Assembly: GCA_020444205.1 (NCBI GenBank) | Contig: JAHLLJ010000004.1 | Coordinates: 9,284-73,283 of the forward strand | Length of the DNA: 64,000 nucleotides | Source of the DNA: Deltaproteobacteria bacterium | GTDB lineage: Bacteria; Desulfobacterota; Desulfarculia; Desulfarculales; Desulfarculaceae | Direction of reading: 5' to 3' | Part shown: positions 57,719 to 64,000 of the stretch, piece by piece | How positions within the stretch are numbered: position 1 is the stretch's first letter | Layout of the letters: every line of letters starts with the position of its first letter | Translations under genes and position numbers: made by a program | Notes under the pieces: generated by a model | Seen by the model: only the letters and a program-made list of their open reading frames with translations | Told to the model about the DNA's origin: nothing | Database searches by the model: none

Positions 57719-58504
57719 ATGGAGTACCAGAACATCATTTTTGAGGTCACCGAAGGCATAGGCCATCTGATCATCAACCGCCCCGAGGTGCGCAACGCCT
57801 TGAACCGGGCCGCGCGTCTGGAAATGGCCGATGTGTTGTCCAAGGTGCAGGCTGACCCCTCCATTAAAGTTTTGGTTGTCTCCGGTGCCGGGGACAAGGC
57901 CTTTGTGGCCGGTTCGGACGTCAAGGAGTTGGCCCAGTACAGCGCCTTGGACATGGAGAATTTCATGGACACCTTGGCCCAGGGTTTCTACTCCAAGTTC
58001 GAGCGCTTGGACCGGCCGGTCATCGCCATGATCGACGGCCTGTGCCTGGGCGGTGGCTTGGAGTTCGCCTTGGCCTGCGACATCCGCTTTGCCTCGGACC
58101 GCTCCCTGCTGGGCCTGCCTGAGATACGCCTGGGCATCATGCCCGGAGGCGGCGGCACCCAGCGTTTGCCGCGCCTGGTGGGGGTGGCCAAGACCAAGGA
58201 AATGATCTTCACCGGCGAGTTCATCAAGGCCGACGAGGCCCTGCGCCTGGGCATCGTCAACCAGGTTTACCCGGCAGAGGAGCTTGAGGAACAGGTCATG
58301 GCCGTGGCCAAGAAGATTGCCGCCAAGAGCGCCCTGGCCCTCAAGTGGGCCAAAAAGGCCATCAACGCCTCCCAGGAAACCGGGCTCAGGGCCGGTTTGG
58401 ATTATGAGGCCATGGTGGAGTGCCTGTTGTTTACCAGCGAGGACCGCCAGGAGGGCATCAAGGCGCTGTTTGAGAAACGGGAACCAAAATTCCAGGGCAA
58501 GTAA
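57719..58504 (+). CDS. Enoyl-CoA hydratase (crotonase; start re-called at MEYQNII)
   Basis: INRPEVRNAL, FVAGSD, GGGLE, LPEIRLG, GGTQRL. Confidence 0.93.
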   Translation: MEYQNIIFEVTEGIGHLIINRPEVRNALNRAARLEMADVLSKVQADPSIKVLVVSGAGDKAFVAGSDVKELAQYSALDMENFMDTLAQGFYSKFERLDRPVIAMIDGLCLGGGLEFALACDIRFASDRSLLGLPEIRLGIMPGGGGTQRLPRLVGVAKTKEMIFTGEFIKADEALRLGIVNQVYPAEELEEQVMAVAKKIAAKSALALKWAKKAINASQETGLRAGLDYEAMVECLLFTSEDRQEGIKALFEKREPKFQGK

Positions 58505-58551
58505 ATAACATTGCCCGGCTTTTCAACTGATTGAAAACAAGCGAGGTTGAG

Positions 58552-59703
58552 ATGAATTATAACCTTTCAGAACTTACCGAAGAGCAGAGAATATTCCAGG
58601 ATATGATGGCCGACTTCGCCGACGAGGTCCTGGCCCCCATGGTCGACGAGGCGGAAGAGACCGGCAAGACCCCCATCGAGCTTTTCACCAAGATGGCCGA
58701 GATGGGCTTTTTGTGCCCCCGTTACCCTGAAGAGCTGGGCGGCGGCGGCGCTGACAAGCTCACCGAATGCATAATGATCGAGCAGGTGTGCCGGGTAAAC
58801 GCCGGCTTCTGCGGAGCCATCGTGGCCCATAGCGGCCTGGGTACCATGCCCATCTTTCTGCACGGTTCTGACGAACAAAAAGAGAAATACCTCATCCCCG
58901 CCATTCAAGGCAAAAAAATTGCCGCCTTTGGTCTTACCGAGCCTAACGTTGGCTCTGACGCCGCCTCCATCCAGACCCGGGCGATTCGCGACGGCGACGA
59001 GTACGTGATCAACGGCACCAAGATGTTCATCACCAACGCGACTATTTGTGATTACGTGATTGTGGCCGCCTACACCCAGCCGGACAAGCGGGGCCTGGGC
59101 ATCAACCTGTTCCTGGTGGACAAGGGCACCCCCGGCTTTACGGTGAGCAAGAAACTGGACAAGGTGGGCAACCACGCGGCCGAGACCGGCGAGTTGGTGT
59201 TTGAGGATTGCCGAGTCCCCGCCGACAACCTCATCGGCGGCAAGGAGTGCGGCGGTTTCCAGCAGTTGGAATCCACTCTCGTCTCCGGGCGCATCACCTA
59301 TGGCGCGCGCTGCCTGGGTACCGCGCAGGCAGCCTACGATCTTACCGTGGAATACGCCAAGCAACGGGTGCAGTTCGGCAAGCCCATCATCAAGTTCCAG
59401 AACACATCATTCAAGCTGGCTGAAATTGCCGCTTACATCGACGTGATGCGCACCTACGTGTGGCGCGTGGCCCGCTTGTATGAGGCTGGGGCCAACGTGA
59501 AGAAGGAGTCTTCCATGGTCAAGCTGTTTTGCGCCGAGCTGCTGCAGAACATCACCAACACCGGCATGCAGATCCACGGCGGCTACGGCTACATGATGGA
59601 GTACCCCATCCAGCGTCATTGGCGCGACGGCCGTTTGTACACCGTAACCGAGGGCACATCCGAGGTGCAGCGCATTGTCATCTCCAAAGAGTGCGGATTT
59701 TAG
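58552..59703 (+). CDS. Acyl-CoA dehydrogenase
   Basis: FGLTEPNVGSD, NGTKMFITN, QIHGGYGY, VTEGTSEVQ; GAGG RBS. Confidence 0.94.
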   Translation: MNYNLSELTEEQRIFQDMMADFADEVLAPMVDEAEETGKTPIELFTKMAEMGFLCPRYPEELGGGGADKLTECIMIEQVCRVNAGFCGAIVAHSGLGTMPIFLHGSDEQKEKYLIPAIQGKKIAAFGLTEPNVGSDAASIQTRAIRDGDEYVINGTKMFITNATICDYVIVAAYTQPDKRGLGINLFLVDKGTPGFTVSKKLDKVGNHAAETGELVFEDCRVPADNLIGGKECGGFQQLESTLVSGRITYGARCLGTAQAAYDLTVEYAKQRVQFGKPIIKFQNTSFKLAEIAAYIDVMRTYVWRVARLYEAGANVKKESSMVKLFCAELLQNITNTGMQIHGGYGYMMEYPIQRHWRDGRLYTVTEGTSEVQRIVISKECGF

Positions 59704-59712
59704 GACCGGGCC

Positions 59713-61251
59713 ATGGATCATCTCATTGAGGAACTCGAGCAGAAAAACCAGGCGTATCGCCTGGGAGGCGGAGTCAAGCGCATCGAGCGGGAGCACGCCA
59801 AGGGCAAACTCACCGCCCGGGAGCGCCTGGACTACCTGTTCGACAAGGACACCTTTATCGAGGTGGGCTTGTTGACTGACCATACCTGCCGTGACTTTGG
59901 CCTGGAAAAGCAGCACATGCCCGGAGACGGCGTGGTGACCGGTTATGGCAGGGTGGACAACCGCCCAGTCTTCGCCTTTGCCCAGGACGCCACGGTTGTG
60001 GGCGGCAGCCTGGGGGATATGCACTCGCAAAAGATATGTACCATCATGGACCTGGCGGTGAAGGCCGGCGCCCCTATCGTGGGTATCAACGATTCGGCCG
60101 GGGCCAGGGTACAGGAAGGTGCCGGCGGCCTGGCGGGATACGGCCTCATCTTCAGGCGCAACGTCAACGCCAGCGGAGTGGTGCCTCAGATTTCGGTGAT
60201 CATGGGCAACTGCGCCGGCGGAGCGGTCTATTCCCCGGCCATGACCGACTTCGTGTTCATGGTGAAAAAGACCTCCTACATGTTCATTACCGGCCCCAAG
60301 GTCATCATGTCGGTTACCGGCGAAGACGTGACCATGGAAAAGTTGGGCGGTGCGCGCATCCACACCAAGATTTCGGGCAACTGCGATCTGGCCACCAAGG
60401 ACGACAAGGAATGTCTGGACCAGGTCAAACGGCTCTTGTCCTTTTTGCCCAGCAACTCCAAAAGCCAGGCCCCACGTCAAACCATGTGGACCCCGCATTA
60501 CGACAAAGAGATCCACAAAATCATCCCCGAGGACCGCAAGAAGTTCTTCGACGTGCGCGAGGTGATCGAGCGTTTGGTGGACAAGGGCGATTTCATGGAG
60601 ATCAAGGCCCTGTATGCCCCCAACGTGGTGGTGGGTTTCGGCCGCGTCAACGGGCGGGCGGTGGGAGTGGTAGCCAACCAGTCGCGGCATCTGGGCGGAG
60701 CCCTGGACAGCGACGCCTCGGACAAGGCCGCCCGTTTCGTGCGCACTTGCGACGCCTTCAACATACCCTTGGTCAACCTGGTGGACGTGCCCGGCTACCT
60801 TCCCGGGGTCAAGCACGAGTACAGCGGCATCATCCGCCACGGGGCCAAGATGATCTACGCCTACTCGGAGGCCACGGTACCCAAGATCACCATCATCCTG
60901 CGCAAGGCCTACGGAGGGGCCTATCAGGCCATGTGTTCAAAGCAGTTGGGCGCGGACCAGGTATGGGCTTGGCCCTCGGCCGAAGTGGCGGTAATGGGCG
61001 CGGAGGGCGCGGTGGATATCGTCTACGCCAAGGAAATTGCCAAGGCCGACGACCCCGAAGCCGCACGCCAGGAAAAGATCGAGGAGTACCGGCAAAAGTT
61101 TGCCAACCCCTACGACGTGGCCAAAAAGCTGCACGTGGATGCGGTGATCTTGCCCGGCGACACCCGACGCTATCTGGTGCAGGCCCTGGAAGCCCTGGAA
61201 GACAAACAGGAACCCAAACCTTGGCGTAAACACGGCAACGTGCCGCTCTAG
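59713..61251 (+). CDS. Acyl-CoA carboxyltransferase (PccB/MmdA-like)
   Basis: GKLTARER, GDGVVTGYG, DSAGARVQEG, CAGGAVYSP, DVPGYLPG, RKAYGGAY, KHGNVPL. Confidence 0.95.
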   Translation: MDHLIEELEQKNQAYRLGGGVKRIEREHAKGKLTARERLDYLFDKDTFIEVGLLTDHTCRDFGLEKQHMPGDGVVTGYGRVDNRPVFAFAQDATVVGGSLGDMHSQKICTIMDLAVKAGAPIVGINDSAGARVQEGAGGLAGYGLIFRRNVNASGVVPQISVIMGNCAGGAVYSPAMTDFVFMVKKTSYMFITGPKVIMSVTGEDVTMEKLGGARIHTKISGNCDLATKDDKECLDQVKRLLSFLPSNSKSQAPRQTMWTPHYDKEIHKIIPEDRKKFFDVREVIERLVDKGDFMEIKALYAPNVVVGFGRVNGRAVGVVANQSRHLGGALDSDASDKAARFVRTCDAFNIPLVNLVDVPGYLPGVKHEYSGIIRHGAKMIYAYSEATVPKITIILRKAYGGAYQAMCSKQLGADQVWAWPSAEVAVMGAEGAVDIVYAKEIAKADDPEAARQEKIEEYRQKFANPYDVAKKLHVDAVILPGDTRRYLVQALEALEDKQEPKPWRKHGNVPL

Positions 61252-61284
61252 GCCGCGCCTGTCGGCAAAAGGAGCTTGATACTC

Positions 61285-61683
61285 ATGAGTAAACGAATTC
61301 GAGTTCTGGCGGCCAAGCCCGGCCTGGACGGGCACGACCGCGGCATAAAAGTGGTTTGCGCCGGTCTCAAGGATGCGGGTATGGAAGTGATCTACACCGG
61401 CCTGCGCCAAACTCCCGAGGCCATCGTGGCCGCCGCCTTGCAAGAAGACGTGGACGTGATTGCGCTCAGCACCCTGTCCGGGGCCCATAACCAACACTTG
61501 CCCCGGGTGGCCCAACTTCTGCGCGACAAGGACGCGGCGCACATCCTGCTGGTGGCCGGAGGCATCGTTCCCCCCAAGGACCGCGTCGCCCTCCGGGAAA
61601 AGGGAGTCAGGGAAATCTTCGGGCCCGGCACCACCATGACCGAAATTGCCGAGTTCATCAGGAACAACGTGTCTTTGAGCTGA
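61285..61683 (+). CDS. Cobalamin-binding small subunit of an acyl-CoA mutase
   Basis: [10 protein letters not shown] (DxHxxG), STLSGAH, GGIVP. Confidence 0.95.
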   Translation: MSKRIRVLAAKPGLDGHDRGIKVVCAGLKDAGMEVIYTGLRQTPEAIVAAALQEDVDVIALSTLSGAHNQHLPRVAQLLRDKDAAHILLVAGGIVPPKDRVALREKGVREIFGPGTTMTEIAEFIRNNVSLS

Positions 61684-61702
61684 AAGCCGGGAGAGCGGAG
61701 CT

Positions 61703-63358
61703 GTGTCCATGGACCATAACAAGATAAATCAAGAGAAAGCCAGATGGGCCCAGAGCGACCCGGGCCTGGCCAAAGTATCTCCCCGCAACACCGACTGGGG
61801 AGATCCTGTGGATAAACTCTACACCCCCGCCGAAGTGGCGGAGCAGGACTATTTGGAGCAGTTGGGCTTTCCGGGCGAGCATCCCTTTGTCCGCGGGGTC
61901 TACCCCAGCATGTACCTTGGCCGTCCCTGGACGGTGCGCCAATATTCGGGCTATGACTCGCCCAAGGACACCAACGCCCGTTTCCGCTATCTGCTGGAGC
62001 AGGGCCAGACCGGGCTCAGCGTGGCCTTTGACCTGCCTACCCAGATCGGCTATGACTCCGACCATCCCATGTCCGCGGGCGAAGTGGGCAAGGTGGGCGT
62101 GCCGGTGGACACCCTGGAGGACATGGAAGTGATCTTCGAGGGCCTGCCCCTGGACAAGCTCTCCACCTCTATGACCATCAACGCGCCCTCGGCGATCATG
62201 CTGGCCATGTACGTGAGCATCGGCAAGAAGCAGGGCCTGGAGCCCAATGTGCTGCGGGGCACCCTGCAAAACGACGTGCTCAAGGAGTACACGGTGCGGG
62301 GCACCTACATCTTCCCGCCCCAGCCCAGCATCCGCCTGGTTACCGACATCTTCGCCTATTGCAGCAATAACGTGCCCCGCTTCAATACCATCAATGTGGC
62401 GGGCTACCACTTGCGCGAGGCGGGCTGCTCGGCGGTGCAGGAGATAGCCTTTTCCTTTAGCAACGCCATCGCCTATATCCAGGCGGCCCTGGACGCGGGG
62501 CTGGACATCGACGCCTTTGCCCCGCGCATCAGCTGGATTTTCAACACCAACAACAAGCTGTTTGAGGAGGTGGCTAAGTACCGGGCCGCCCGGCGCATCT
62601 GGGCCGAACTGCTCAAGGACCGCTTTGGGGCCAAGGACCCGCGCTCGTGCATGCTGCGTTTCCACACCCAGACCAGCGGGGCGGCGCTCACTGCCCAGCA
62701 GCCGCTTAACAACGTAGTGCGGGTGGCTTACCAGACCTTGGCGGCAGTGCTGGCCGGGGCTCAATCCATTGCCGCCTGCTCCTATGACGAGGCCCTGAGC
62801 CTGCCCACCGAGGAATCGGTGCGTACCAGCCTACGCACCCAGCAGATTCTGCGCGAGGAGACCGGGGTCACCGATACCATCGATCCCATGGGTGGTTCCT
62901 ACTACCTGGAGGCCCTGACCGACCAGGTCTACACCCGCATCAAGGAGTTGATGGACCAGGTGGAGAATATGGGCGGCGCGGTGGCGGCCATTGAAAAGGG
63001 CTTCGTGCAAAAGGAGATTGAGCGCCGTTCCTACGATATTCAAAAGAAAATCGAGGAAGGTGAGATGGTGGTTGTTGGGGTCAACAAGTACACCATCGAA
63101 GAGGAAGAGACCGAAGTTCAGGTGGAGGCCAACCCTCAGGCCGAGCAGGACCAGATTGAAAGGCTGCAGGCCCTGAAAAGCCGACGCAGCAGCGACAAGG
63201 TGGAAAGCGCCTTGGCCGCGCTAAAGCAAAACGCCCAAGGCGACGGAGCTCTGATGCCGGTTATCATCGAGGCGGTGGAAGCCTATGCCAGCTTGGGCGA
63301 GATCTGCGGAGTGCTGCGCGAGGTGTTCGGCGAGTATCAGCCGGTGAGAACCATCTAA
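61703..63358 (+). CDS. Methylmalonyl-CoA mutase-family large (substrate-binding) subunit; start may be 61709
   Basis: FPGEHPFVRG, RPWTVRQYSG, GLSVAFDLPTQ, QNDVLKE, GYHLRE, HTQTSG, DEALSLPT. Confidence 0.95.
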   Translation: MSMDHNKINQEKARWAQSDPGLAKVSPRNTDWGDPVDKLYTPAEVAEQDYLEQLGFPGEHPFVRGVYPSMYLGRPWTVRQYSGYDSPKDTNARFRYLLEQGQTGLSVAFDLPTQIGYDSDHPMSAGEVGKVGVPVDTLEDMEVIFEGLPLDKLSTSMTINAPSAIMLAMYVSIGKKQGLEPNVLRGTLQNDVLKEYTVRGTYIFPPQPSIRLVTDIFAYCSNNVPRFNTINVAGYHLREAGCSAVQEIAFSFSNAIAYIQAALDAGLDIDAFAPRISWIFNTNNKLFEEVAKYRAARRIWAELLKDRFGAKDPRSCMLRFHTQTSGAALTAQQPLNNVVRVAYQTLAAVLAGAQSIAACSYDEALSLPTEESVRTSLRTQQILREETGVTDTIDPMGGSYYLEALTDQVYTRIKELMDQVENMGGAVAAIEKGFVQKEIERRSYDIQKKIEEGEMVVVGVNKYTIEEEETEVQVEANPQAEQDQIERLQALKSRRSSDKVESALAALKQNAQGDGALMPVIIEAVEAYASLGEICGVLREVFGEYQPVRTI

Positions 63359-63403
63359 GCCTCAAAGGTTTGGACGGCCCTAAATTAACAGGAGGATCAG
63401 ATA

Positions 63404-64000
63404 ATGGCGGGCATCTTTACAGCCGCTGCTCATATTCCCTATCTGAAGATGGAGCGAAAAAACATAGGAGGGGCCTGGGAGCGGGGCTCCCATAAGGGCT
63501 TTCGCAGCGTGGCGGGAAGCGACGAGGACTCCCTGACCATGGCTGCCGAGGCTGCCGGGTTCGCCCTGGAGGCGGCCGGTCGCGAGGACGTGCAGGCGCT
63601 GTACTTCGCCTCCACCACGGCTCCTTACAAAGAAAAAGCCACAGCGGCAATGTTGGCCACGGTGTTGGACCTAGACAGCAACATGGAGACCCTGGACCTG
63701 GGCAACTCCCTGCGTTGCGGGCTGGGCGCGCTACGCTTGGCCCTGGACACGGCGGCCGAGGGCAAAAAGGTCTTGGTGGCCTCCGGCGAAAATCGCCTGG
63801 GCTATCCCCGCTCCGATCAGGAGCAGCTCTTTGGCGATGCCGGGGCCGCGGTCCTGGTAGGCGGGGGCGAGGCTCCGGTTTCCTACCTGGGCGGCTTTGC
63901 TCTCACTGACGAGATTACCGATGTGTGGCGTACCCAGGAAGATACCTACGTGCAGAACTGGGAAGGGCGCTTTGTCTCCGGTGAAGGCTACCTGAGGGTG
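63404..64000 (+). CDS. HMG-CoA synthase-like protein, runs off right edge
   Basis: Manual translation after AGGAGG: MAGIFTAAAHIP...RSVAGSDEDSLTMAAEAA...LYFASTT...GNSLRCG...FGDAGAAV; not in the ORF track. Confidence 0.8.
   Translation, partial: MAGIFTAAAHIPYLKMERKNIGGAWERGSHKGFRSVAGSDEDSLTMAAEAAGFALEAAGREDVQALYFASTTAPYKEKATAAMLATVLDLDSNMETLDLGNSLRCGLGALRLALDTAAEGKKVLVASGENRLGYPRSDQEQLFGDAGAAVLVGGGEAPVSYLGGFALTDEITDVWRTQEDTYVQNWEGRFVSGEGYLRV

Noticed and set aside
71-63909. Many long antisense or alternate-frame ORFs in the track (e.g. 8069-9115, 21137-22321, 29071-30318, 59407-60840)
   Set aside because: They shadow well-supported genes on the opposite strand or frame, carry no motifs, and are expected in high-GC DNA.

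Overview
A high-GC bacterial window almost entirely devoted to uptake and CoA-dependent catabolism of carboxylic acids. Gene content (sigma54 activator, DUF362, YqeB, many beta-oxidation paralogues) suggests an anaerobic Desulfobacterota-type organism, but this is inference only. From left to right: (1) a sigma54-driven beta-oxidation operon (ACAD, 3-hydroxyacyl-CoA dehydrogenase, thiolase, acyl-CoA ligase) with its PAS-domain activator, a consensus -24/-12 promoter and three repeated upstream sites; (2) etfBA, crotonase, ADP-forming acyl-CoA synthetase and a flavin oxidoreductase, divergent from a His-phosphatase / ACAD10-11-like / TetR / phosphotransferase / DUF362 / HAD / SDR cluster resembling the Lva 4-phosphoacyl-CoA pathway; (3) patatin, fadB/fadA-like genes and a MerR regulator; (4) a Liv-type ABC transporter with an embedded acyl-CoA ligase, a Zn-ribbon-tailed permease and an ACAD; (5) an orphan yqeB; (6) a block from ~35 kb with three close GntR paralogues, an intact 736-bp IS1595-family element, a second Liv-type ABC, Zn-ADH, TAXI-TRAP, IclR, two divergent lipoate-ligase-like paralogues flanking an IscU-like protein and a cupin, a PaaG-like isomerase, a PaaK-like protein with a degenerate P-loop, and a crotonase / ACAD / carboxyltransferase / split B12 mutase / HMG-CoA-synthase-like operon running off the right edge. 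The best candidate for an undescribed system is the paired LplA-like + IscU-like + cupin + degenerate PaaK module at ~49.6-56.4 kb. No rRNA, tRNA or CRISPR array was seen. All calls come from motif reading by eye; no searches were run.
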